Below the pieces are notes generated by a model. It had not been told where the DNA came from and searched no databases. It worked only from the letters and a program-made list of their open reading frames with translations. Source: a virus (Duplodnaviria > Caudoviricetes). From it: a stretch of 64,000 bases of DNA. Within the stretch, counting starts at the first letter, position 1; each line of letters starts with the position of its first letter. A program made the position numbers and the translations under genes. The stretch covers positions 1,007-65,006 of IMG/VR virus record IMGVR_UViG_3300030104_002647; one strand, given 5' to 3'. Positions 7,919 to 15,139 of the stretch are shown here, piece by piece.

Positions 7919-7942
7919 AATGTTTGTTATTAAATTTATAAT

Positions 7943-7989
7943 CTGTTTCTGCTTTCGCTTCTTCAGGTAAGGCGCACACCTTACGACAG
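7943..7989 (-). ncRNA. Hammerhead ribozyme, type III, weak stem II variant (HHR3)
   Basis: CUGUC^GUAAGGU-GUGC-GCCUUAC-CUGAAGA-AGC-GAAA-GCA-GAAA-CAG. Predicted cut at 7985/7984. Confidence 0.8.
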
Positions 7990-8025
7990 GAGCAGTTTTT
8001 TCTCGACTTGCTCAGGTCGGTTCTG

Positions 8026-8088
8026 TTATACAAAGACAATCTCAAATTCTTGAGATATATCCTGTATTGCTATATCATATGCATTCAT
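8026..8088 (-). CDS. 20-aa micro-ORF MNAYDIAIQDISQEFEIVFV
   Basis: Same AAACATTATG start context as neighbouring genes; fills the gap before HHR3. Confidence 0.55.
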   Translation of the reverse strand: MNAYDIAIQDISQEFEIVFV

Positions 8089-8113
8089 AATGTTTAGTAT
8101 TAAATTAATATTT

Positions 8114-8722
8114 TTATTCACCGCCTGTTATCTCTTCTTCTCTGATGCGGTCTTCAATCTCTTCTTCGCTCATGTACTCATACAAGTAATGATTTATAAT
8201 CATTTCAGGACATTTGAACAGTTTCGCATCTGTGTAACCTCCTCTGACATCGCATCCGTTGTGTATCTGTAAGAGTAAATATTCTTCGCCGTTGATTGTC
8301 AACCATCCGCCCTGAAGGGTCTGCGATAGGTCAGAATCGCCGTTGTATGTGTTGAAGGTTCGACCCTCTTCAATCTCGTTGCCCTCTGTTAAATCGTTCC
8401 ACGCTTCGAGAGAAACTCCCCACGCTTCAGAATCGCCGTTCCAATCTGTTGCTCCTGATTGAATATCGTTAAAATTGTTGCAAATGTAATCTAGTTCTAA
8501 CGCTGAATCATCACCGGCTAAGAAGTGAAATACTGATACTTCTCTGTTAATCCATCCGTTTTCATCTGTTATGGTTTCCGGTTGGTCATTCTCGAAATCT
8601 GACTGACTGCGTTTTTGGTTTCGTTCCCAATGTCTACCGTAAGCACCGCCTGAATCTAGCATGTGCGAACCTGTTGACTCTGTTAACATTTCGTAAATTA
8701 ATTCTTTTAAATAAGTGTTCAT
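8114..8722 (-). CDS. First early gene, acidic hypothetical protein
   Basis: 202 aa with HMLDSGG.YGR.W and QIH.G.DVRGGYT motifs. Confidence 0.8.
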   Translation of the reverse strand: MNTYLKELIYEMLTESTGSHMLDSGGAYGRHWERNQKRSQSDFENDQPETITDENGWINREVSVFHFLAGDDSALELDYICNNFNDIQSGATDWNGDSEAWGVSLEAWNDLTEGNEIEEGRTFNTYNGDSDLSQTLQGGWLTINGEEYLLLQIHNGCDVRGGYTDAKLFKCPEMIINHYLYEYMSEEEIEDRIREEEITGGE

Positions 8723-8763
8723 TTTAAGTAAATTTTAGTGCCTTTCGGCTGTTAATAATACAG

Positions 8764-8771
8764 CAAAGATA
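8764..8771 (-). promoter_or_regulatory. Early promoter -7 element TATCTTTG
   Basis: TAnnTTTG about 40 nt upstream of the first leftward gene; GCC-GAAA-GGC hairpin in the leader. Confidence 0.7.
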
Positions 8772-8968
8772 TAAACTTTTTTTTAATTCTCGTATAATTT
8801 TAGTTTTTTTTTCGTTTAATTATTTTCTCTTTGTGTTGATAACTCTGTAACTTGCTGAGGTTCAACGCTTTACATGTTGATAATTCACGCAAATTTATTT
8901 AATCTTTTTTGATTGGGTTCGGTTGCTCTCTTTATTCTTTGTGTCTCTGTTCACAAAAATAAATATTT

Positions 8969-9172
8969 GGGGGAAGGTTTAGAGGTTATCCGGTGGGGGT
9001 GTGGGGTGTGTGTGGTGTGTGATGAGGGAAGGCAGGAAGGAGGGCAGGAGGTCGGGCAGGTAGCCGGACAAAATTTGTAAAAAATTAGACAGGAACGAGT
9101 CAAAACACTAAGGGGGGTCAAAAATAAATCTGACTTTTTTTTTGCGGCACACAAACGCATAACGGGGGGGAG
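8969..9172. other. G-rich non-coding island between divergent arms (candidate terminus/packaging region)
   Basis: GT-rich tract, GGCAGG x3 at 12-nt period, G6 and G7 runs in an AT-rich genome. Confidence 0.45.
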
Positions 9173-9228
9173 TCTAAACAGTACATATAACTAAATAAAA
9201 TTTTTGTATCTTTACAAAAAAAATTATT

Positions 9229-9465
9229 ATGGGCAAACCTTACAAACAATTACAAAAGGACGGAAAGATTTCCAACTTTGTAGACGGACTGTATATTCAG
9301 AACGGTAGAGAAATGAATGCAAGAGCAGATGGTATGACAGGTATTGCACGTGCTTCTATGTATAGACAACAAATGAAGAAGCAATATAAAATAGATTGTA
9401 TCGCTGATGGAATAGAGAGAGCTAAAATGAGAATGGATGGCGATAAAGATATATATGAGTTTTAG
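9229..9465 (+). CDS. Hypothetical protein
   Basis: 78 aa ORF preceded by TATCTTTA (9207-9214) and followed by a terminator. Confidence 0.75.
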   Translation: MGKPYKQLQKDGKISNFVDGLYIQNGREMNARADGMTGIARASMYRQQMKKQYKIDCIADGIERAKMRMDGDKDIYEF

Positions 9466-9491
9466 TTGATGATGAGTATGTGTGTTGATTG

Positions 9492-9522
9492 AAAGGGGGA
9501 TTCTAACGAATCCCTTTTTTTT
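9492..9522 (+). terminator. Intrinsic terminator
   Basis: GGGATTC-TAAC-GAATCCC followed by T8. Confidence 0.85.
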
Positions 9523-9523
9523 A

Positions 9524-9716
9524 TGTTGTAATTTAACAAAGTTGTGTTGATTTTGTGTTGATTTTAAAATTGATAATTAATTACAAATCAATAACTTATA
9601 AAAATAAATGTTGAAATGTTGATTTGAAAAAGGAACTGTAGTCAGAAAAAAACATATGCGTTAAATAAAAAGAGAGAGAGAGAGTAGACGACAATTAAAT
9701 TCAGCATTGCAGCATA
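9524..9716. repeat. TGTTGA iteron-like repeats with IHF-like site (candidate origin B)
   Basis: GTGTTGATTTT x2, AATCAATAACTTA (9586-9598), TGTTGAAATGTTGA, (GA)n tract, inverted CAGCAT copies. Confidence 0.5.
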
Positions 9717-9734
9717 AAGTATAAATAGTTTTTA

Positions 9735-9742
9735 TATCTTTG
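9735..9742 (+). promoter_or_regulatory. Promoter -7 element TATCTTTG
   Basis: TAnnTTTG 21 nt before groEL. Confidence 0.7.
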
Positions 9743-9763
9743 CCTAAATTAAATACACTTTAA

Positions 9764-11377
9764 ATGAATCCAATTAAAATGCCATCCGGCTTTAATCCAA
9801 AGGAATTATCTTTTGGAGATGAAGGGAGAAATAAACTTATCTCCGGTATTACCCAAATCGCAAATGCAGTAAAGAGCACTTTAGGTCCTAGAGGGAATAC
9901 AGTATTAATAGAATCACAATATGTAACGGGAGGATTAACTGTAACTAAAGACGGTGTAACCGTAGCTAAGGCAGTTGATTTACTCGACCCTGTAGAGAAC
10001 CTAGCGGTTCGTATGATGAAACAGGCGGCAGACAATACAGCATCCTCAGCAGGAGACGGAACAACTACAGCTATCGTATTGACTGAAGAGTTAGTGAAGC
10101 AGGGTAATGAATTAATGGATGATACCACAAACAGAGCTGAGGTTCTGCGTGAGATAGTGAGTGAGACTGAGAGAGTGATTGAGCGATTAAAGAAAGCATC
10201 AAAGAAGATTACAAATAAAAGACTGAAAGATGTTGCTGTTATCTCAGCAAACAATGACAAGGTTATAGGTAAAGTAATTGCAGATACATATAAGAAAGTA
10301 GGCAAGAACGGAATCGTTACTGTAGAAAAGTCAGAGTCTAGTGAAACATATAGTGAAACCACAAACGGTATTAAAATAGATAGAGGTTGGACTTCTCCTT
10401 TATTTGTAAACAATCAAAAGAAAGACGAGTCTATATTAGAAAATGTACATGTACTTGTAAGCGATGCTGAGATTAATAATGTATTGGCAATTGAAGGAAT
10501 ACTAAAACCAATTATCAACGAACAAAAGAAATTATTAATTATTGCACCAATGTCTGTTAATGTAGTAAACACTTTAGCTGCGAATGTAGTAAAGAATGGA
10601 TTACAGTTATGTGTGATAGGTCCTCCGCAGTTTGGATACAAACAACACGAGCTTATGCAAGACATAGCAGTTTCGGTGGGTGCGAAATACTTTTCAGAAA
10701 AAACAGGAGATGATTTATCATTAATAACATTTGCTGACTTAGGTCATGCTGATAAATGTATAGTAGGTCAAGAGTCTTCTATATTAATTAAATCATCCAC
10801 ACAAGAAACTGATGTTAGTGAACGAGTATCTCAACTATGGGATGCACACAAGATAACATCAAAGAAAGAAGATAAAGAGTTTATACTTTCAAGAATAGCA
10901 TCCCTTAGTGGTGGTATAGGTGTAATCTATGTTGGAGGACAAACTGATATTGAACAAAAAGAATTGTTCGATAGAGTAGATGATGCAGTATGTGCAGTTC
11001 GTTCCGCACTACAAGAAGGAATATTACCGGGAGGTGGAATAGCATTATATGATATTGCTGCAGCTCCAAGACAAGAGTCAGAAAAAAAATCCAAAAAAAT
11101 TGCTGACGCAATTTTGTATAATTCTCTAATAGCTCCTTTAGCACAAATTTTAAAAAATGCCGGACTAGACCCTGAAGAACTATATTGTTGTTCAAAAGAA
11201 GACGGAAAAGGATTTGATGTAAAGAATGAAAAATGGGGGAGTATGATTGATATGGGAATTATTGACCCAATGAAAGTAACTAAGAGTGCTTTACAAAATG
11301 CAGTTTCAGTAGCAGTAACAATATTATCAACCAATGCCATAATAACAATGGCACGAACATACGAACAGAAAGATTAA
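9764..11377 (+). CDS. groEL: Phage-encoded chaperonin GroEL
   Basis: STLGPRG, TKDGVTVA, AGDGTTTA, LSGG, EGILPGGG and GIIDP motifs. Confidence 0.97.
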   Translation: MNPIKMPSGFNPKELSFGDEGRNKLISGITQIANAVKSTLGPRGNTVLIESQYVTGGLTVTKDGVTVAKAVDLLDPVENLAVRMMKQAADNTASSAGDGTTTAIVLTEELVKQGNELMDDTTNRAEVLREIVSETERVIERLKKASKKITNKRLKDVAVISANNDKVIGKVIADTYKKVGKNGIVTVEKSESSETYSETTNGIKIDRGWTSPLFVNNQKKDESILENVHVLVSDAEINNVLAIEGILKPIINEQKKLLIIAPMSVNVVNTLAANVVKNGLQLCVIGPPQFGYKQHELMQDIAVSVGAKYFSEKTGDDLSLITFADLGHADKCIVGQESSILIKSSTQETDVSERVSQLWDAHKITSKKEDKEFILSRIASLSGGIGVIYVGGQTDIEQKELFDRVDDAVCAVRSALQEGILPGGGIALYDIAAAPRQESEKKSKKIADAILYNSLIAPLAQILKNAGLDPEELYCCSKEDGKGFDVKNEKWGSMIDMGIIDPMKVTKSALQNAVSVAVTILSTNAIITMARTYEQKD

Positions 11378-11391
11378 TTAAATTAAATAAA

Positions 11392-11520
11392 ATGGTAATA
11401 CATAATTATATATTCGATAGCTTTAGACAAGACAAAGCTGAAATTGAAAAAGCTATAAAGTTATTAGAAAAAAATGGCTATATAGTATACAACAAAGATA
11501 AAGTATATGATAGCGATTAA
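11392..11520 (+). CDS. 42-aa protein between groEL and groES
   Basis: MVIHNYIFDSFRQDKAEIEKAIKLLEKNGYIVYNKDKVYDSD, with A-rich leader. Confidence 0.6.
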   Translation: MVIHNYIFDSFRQDKAEIEKAIKLLEKNGYIVYNKDKVYDSD

Positions 11521-11764
11521 TAAGTATATAATAGTAGAGAATGTAAAGGAAGAATTAAAAACTGAATCCGGTTTATTATTATCTGAGCAAGATGCAGAAC
11601 AATTTCGTTACAGAAAAGCTAAAGTAGTCACACCGGGTACTGAAGTAAAATCTATTAATAAAGACGATATAATATATTACGACAAAAGAGCCGGATACCA
11701 AATGGTGCTTGAAGGTTTAACTTGTTCTATTATTAGGGAGCAAGATGTCGTTGTTGTCTTATAA
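11507..11764 (+). CDS. groES: Co-chaperonin GroES
   Basis: KTESGLLL mobile loop, KVV..G..V..I...D.I.Y, IIRE.DVV; adjacent to groEL. Confidence 0.9.
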   Translation: MIAINKYIIVENVKEELKTESGLLLSEQDAEQFRYRKAKVVTPGTEVKSINKDDIIYYDKRAGYQMVLEGLTCSIIREQDVVVVL

Positions 11765-12164
11765 ACTTATTCATTTCTTTTATCATGTTTCTATATACTT
11801 TGTCAGTATAACTAACATTAGATTTAAACATAGGATTGCTTGTAGGACTTTCAGGTATTTGTTCTCCATTTAATTTTTTATAAATAGAATCAATCATTCG
11901 ATTAGCTTTAAAGCTTAAAGAATAAAGTGTTTTGTGTTTTCCTACTCGTTTACGAAAAACTTCAATCCAACCTTTTTTAAGTAATTGGTCAAAGCGATTT
12001 ACATTCCAACTTAATAGTTCGTTAAACTCTTTGAATTTTTCTTTACCAAAATATTTCTCAGAATAAAGAAATAACAACATATCAAGCTCACCTGTACTAA
12101 TACCATATTTAATTTTTATAAAATATCGGACAACTCTCCAATACTTAAGATAATCATTTTGCAT
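11733..12164 (-). CDS. Putative winged-helix (MarR-like) regulator
   Basis: ELDMLLFLY...L.K.GWIE....R....LYSLS pattern; the only minus-strand gene in the rightward arm. Confidence 0.55.
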   Translation of the reverse strand: MQNDYLKYWRVVRYFIKIKYGISTGELDMLLFLYSEKYFGKEKFKEFNELLSWNVNRFDQLLKKGWIEVFRKRVGKHKTLYSLSFKANRMIDSIYKKLNGEQIPESPTSNPMFKSNVSYTDKVYRNMIKEMNKFIRQQRHLAP

Positions 12165-12177
12165 TTAATTTAATTTG

Positions 12178-12185
12178 TATCTTTG
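12178..12185 (+). promoter_or_regulatory. Promoter -7 element TATCTTTG
   Basis: TAnnTTTG in the 38-nt divergent intergenic region. Confidence 0.7.
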
Positions 12186-12202
12186 TGTAAAAGTAATAAA
12201 TT

Positions 12203-12454
12203 ATGGCAGACGAGAAAGACCCAAAGGAAAAAAATATAGTTAATCCTAACGATAACTTTAAAAACATTATATCATCTTATTTGTTATCACAAATGAATCA
12301 AGATAAAGATGACCCGTCAAAAAAACCAAATAACACAAACACAGAAAATCAAAAGAAGACTACGAAGATGCGTGTTACAGGTTTGAGACAACTAGGAGAT
12401 GTAAAGAGTAAGCTTAAAAATTCTATAAGAAATAGAAAAAATAGATATGCCTAG
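12203..12454 (+). CDS. Hypothetical protein
   Basis: 83 aa ORF after the promoter. Confidence 0.65.
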   Translation: MADEKDPKEKNIVNPNDNFKNIISSYLLSQMNQDKDDPSKKPNNTNTENQKKTTKMRVTGLRQLGDVKSKLKNSIRNRKNRYA

Positions 12455-12538
12455 TCCGTTTCATACTCCTATAAATAATAATGAAGTAAGAGATTTATCT
12501 ATTTATCTTGTTAACTTTTTTATTATTATTTTTGTGTA

Positions 12539-12667
12539 ATGGCAAGAAGAGCTAATGTAGTAACCTACAGGAAACCTAAAAGAAAGTCGCACCCTCATTG
12601 CAAGAATGCTAGTAGAGGTCAATCAAAATATAAAAAACCATATAGAGGACAAGGAAGAAATGGCTAA
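12539..12667 (+). CDS. Small basic protein (YKKPYRGQG motif)
   Basis: Manually translated 42 aa: MARRANVVTYRKPKRK...YKKPYRGQGRNG. Confidence 0.65.
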   Translation: MARRANVVTYRKPKRKSHPHCKNASRGQSKYKKPYRGQGRNG

Positions 12668-12815
12668 GAAAGGAAGAACAAAAGGAAACAAAATATGTCC
12701 GGCAGGAATAGCTTGGGCTAAAAGAACATTCGATAAGTATCCATCTGCGTATGCAAACATGGCTGCAAGTAAATATTGTAAAGACCCTAATTACGGTAAA
12801 GGAAAAAAGAAATGA
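12660..12815 (+). CDS. Small basic protein
   Basis: MAKKGRTKGNKICPAG...YPSAYAN. ATG 12660 is more plausible than the track start at 12606. Confidence 0.7.
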   Translation: MAKKGRTKGNKICPAGIAWAKRTFDKYPSAYANMAASKYCKDPNYGKGKKK

Positions 12816-12928
12816 GCAAGTTAAGTAAAAAACAAAGAAAGATAGCAAGAGCTGCAATGCCTTTTGATAGAATCACAGGTGCAGACTTTAAAGCTATAAA
12901 GATGAAAAAGAAACGTAAGAAGAAGTAA
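12812..12928 (+). CDS. Small basic protein
   Basis: MSKLSKKQRKIA...ITGADFK...KKK, coupled to both neighbours (ATGA / TAATG). Confidence 0.7.
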   Translation: MSKLSKKQRKIARAAMPFDRITGADFKAIKMKKKRKKK

Positions 12929-13170
12929 TGGGCGAACTAGCTAAATGGAGAAAACAAAAATGGGTACGCATAGGAACGGATGGAAAGATTAAAGGTCCAT
13001 GTGGTACTAGCAAAAATAAAAAAAACCCTGACAGATGTTTGCCACTATCTAAAGCTAGACGACTTTCAAAAAAACAATTATCTGCTACAGCTAAGAAAAA
13101 GAAAAGAGCAGGTAGCAGAGGTAAACAATTTGTAAGTAATACAAAAGCAGCTAAAGTTAGAAACTCATAA
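12928..13170 (+). CDS. Small basic protein
   Basis: L.KW..QKWV..G...CG...CLP..KA...GKQFV pattern. Confidence 0.75.
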   Translation: MGELAKWRKQKWVRIGTDGKIKGPCGTSKNKKNPDRCLPLSKARRLSKKQLSATAKKKKRAGSRGKQFVSNTKAAKVRNS

Positions 13171-13454
13171 TGGCAAAAGCAATAAGCAGAACAACGGGTA
13201 AAGGCGGTAACTATCGTTCTACTAAGTCAGGAGCAGGAATGACTAAGAAAGGTGTTGCTGCATATAGAAGAAAAAATCCCGGCTCAAAATTAAAAACAGC
13301 AGTCACAGGTAAAGTAAAACCCGGAAGTAAAGCTGCCAAGAGAAGAAAGTCATATTGTGCTAGAAGTCTCGGTCAACTTAAGAGAAGTAGTGCAAAAACA
13401 AGAAACAATCCTAACTCTAGAATCAGACAAGCTAGACGTAGATGGAAGTGTTAA
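13170..13454 (+). CDS. Small basic protein
   Basis: NPGSKLK.AV...RRKSYCAR...SRI..ARRRWKC pattern. Confidence 0.75.
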   Translation: MAKAISRTTGKGGNYRSTKSGAGMTKKGVAAYRRKNPGSKLKTAVTGKVKPGSKAAKRRKSYCARSLGQLKRSSAKTRNNPNSRIRQARRRWKC

Positions 13455-13475
13455 ATACATAAAGAAAAATAATAT

Positions 13476-13483
13476 TATCTTTG
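13476..13483 (+). promoter_or_regulatory. Promoter -7 element TATCTTTG
   Basis: Intergenic TAnnTTTG 17 nt before ATG 13501. Confidence 0.65.
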
Positions 13484-13500
13484 TAAAATAAATTTAAAGC

Positions 13501-13653
13501 ATGGGAGCGTTTAAAGACATGGTTAAAAAGCTGATTGCTCAAGGTAAGAGTCCTGAAGCTGCAAGAAGAATAGCATACTCTATTGGTGTTAATAAGTATG
13601 GAAAAAAAGGCATGGCTAGAAAAGCGAAAGCCGGAATGCGAAGTAAAAAATAA
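13501..13653 (+). CDS. Small basic protein
   Basis: Manually translated 50 aa: MGAFKDMVKKL...IG.NKYGKKGM. Confidence 0.7.
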   Translation: MGAFKDMVKKLIAQGKSPEAARRIAYSIGVNKYGKKGMARKAKAGMRSKK

Positions 13654-13671
13654 TTTTAAAAAATAAAAAAA

Positions 13672-13869
13672 ATGGCACAAGGTTATAACGACAGATTAGA
13701 CGAATCTTTAGGCATGAAGCATAAAGGTAAGCACAAACAAAGTATGAAAGATAGAAGAGACGAAAGTAAAGCTATGTCCAAGAAAATGTATGGACATGCT
13801 TACGGGGGAGACCATCATATGAAATATGAGGAGCACCTAGGTTCAAATTCTAAAAACTTTAGAAAGTAA
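13672..13869 (+). CDS. Small basic His-rich protein
   Basis: QGYN.RLDESLG...QS.KDRRDESK.M pattern. Confidence 0.7.
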   Translation: MAQGYNDRLDESLGMKHKGKHKQSMKDRRDESKAMSKKMYGHAYGGDHHMKYEEHLGSNSKNFRK

Positions 13870-13875
13870 TCAGGT

Positions 13876-13983
13876 ATGAAAAATATATGGTGTAAATTTC
13901 AATGCATGTGGAATTGGCTATTAGACAAAATTTCATTTGAAGTCAAAAGCTGTCCGAATAAACTTTGTACTTGTAATAAATGA
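13876..13983 (+). CDS. 35-aa Cys/Trp-rich protein
   Basis: MKNIWCKFQCMWNW...CPNKLCTCNK; ATGA overlap with the next gene. Confidence 0.55.
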   Translation: MKNIWCKFQCMWNWLLDKISFEVKSCPNKLCTCNK

Positions 13984-14144
13984 AAAAAAGTAGAGGATTA
14001 GGAGATTCGATTGAGAAGGCGACTAAAGCTACCGGAATCAAACACTTAGTAGGTGCTACAGCTAAAGCTGTAGGAATTAGAGATTGCGGATGTAATAATC
14101 GCAGAGATACTTTGAATAGACTTTTTCCATATAAGAATAACTAA
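13980..14144 (+). CDS. Small protein with GLGD...DCGC motif
   Basis: MKKSRGLGDSIEK.TKATGIK...DCGC..RR..LN.LFPY, 54 aa. Confidence 0.7.
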   Translation: MKKSRGLGDSIEKATKATGIKHLVGATAKAVGIRDCGCNNRRDTLNRLFPYKNN

Positions 14145-14172
14145 TATATAAAAACCCTTAAATAATTAAAAC

Positions 14173-14952
14173 ATGGCAACAATACCAAGCGGTCAAAAAT
14201 TCCATACTGTAGCAAGTACGGTAGACACAGAAAACAAAGGTTCTGCAGGACTTAACGCCCAAAGAACAATTTTTACAATGCAAGATATCCAAGACACTAT
14301 CACAGTAGGTGGCGGGGTTGACGGTTCAGGAACAGCAAATTCGCTGTCTAGATGGTTAGACTCAAACACTTTACAGGATGCAGGAGTAACAGATGATGGT
14401 TCTACAATAGCTGTAGCAAGACCATTAGACGTAACAGGAACAGTTACATCTTCAGTCAACTTAGTTGGTGTAGATGCAGTTATGTCCGGTAATGTAACTG
14501 CAGTAGATATGGTAGCATCAGGAAATCTTTTAGTAGGAGATAATACAGGAGAAAACCCTGTAGGTATCAACGTACAACAAGATAAAGGAAACTTAGCAAT
14601 CGGAGTATTAATTCACAATCAAAATACAGGAGCAGACGCAGATGCGAAGATTTCTTTCGAAACTCAATCAGCGGCTGACGTTTCAATTGGAATTGATAGA
14701 GGAGATTCAAACAAATTTAAAATTTCAAGAAGTGGAAACTTAGGAGTTAATGATGAAATGTCTGTTGACTCAAGTGGTGTGACAGCTAATACTGCAGTAA
14801 CTTCAGCTACATTTAATGTATCTGCATTAGAAACTGCACCGGCTTCAGCTTCAGCTACAGGAGTAGCAGGAGACATTAGATTTGCAACTGATGCAATTTA
14901 TGTTTGTACAGCTACAGATACTTGGAAAAAAGTAGCAATAGCAACATTCTAA
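14173..14952 (+). CDS. Putative virion fibre/decoration protein
   Basis: G/S/T-rich, with C-terminal G..G.I.....IYVCTATDTWK module typical of fibre proteins. Confidence 0.65.
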   Translation: MATIPSGQKFHTVASTVDTENKGSAGLNAQRTIFTMQDIQDTITVGGGVDGSGTANSLSRWLDSNTLQDAGVTDDGSTIAVARPLDVTGTVTSSVNLVGVDAVMSGNVTAVDMVASGNLLVGDNTGENPVGINVQQDKGNLAIGVLIHNQNTGADADAKISFETQSAADVSIGIDRGDSNKFKISRSGNLGVNDEMSVDSSGVTANTAVTSATFNVSALETAPASASATGVAGDIRFATDAIYVCTATDTWKKVAIATF

Positions 14953-14963
14953 AATTAAAGATT

Positions 14964-15122
14964 ATGCCAACAGTAGGTAAAAGGGTATTTCCATATAATG
15001 CAGTAGGTAGAGCTCAAGCGGATTCTTATGCAAGAATGACAAAGGGCAAGATTAAATATAATCCTACCTACGGCATGGAAAATTCTACTAAGAGTAGTAA
15101 ACCCAAAATGAAGAAATATTAA
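14964..15122 (+). CDS. Small basic protein
   Basis: MPTVGKRVFPY...G...A pattern; this ATG preferred over the track start at 14904. Confidence 0.6.
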   Translation: MPTVGKRVFPYNAVGRAQADSYARMTKGKIKYNPTYGMENSTKSSKPKMKKY

Positions 15123-15139
15123 TAAATAAATAAATAGAT

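Noticed and set aside
6346-7989. CRISPR array or simple direct repeats
   Set aside because: Copies are about 800 nt apart, separated by genes, and conserve structure rather than sequence.
8951-9160. 69-aa minus-strand ORF
   Set aside because: Low-complexity P/T/H translation of the G-rich non-coding tract.
9760-11340. Long antisense ORFs over groEL
   Set aside because: Shadow frames caused by codon bias; the same applies to antisense ORFs over the fibre, terminase and ejection genes.
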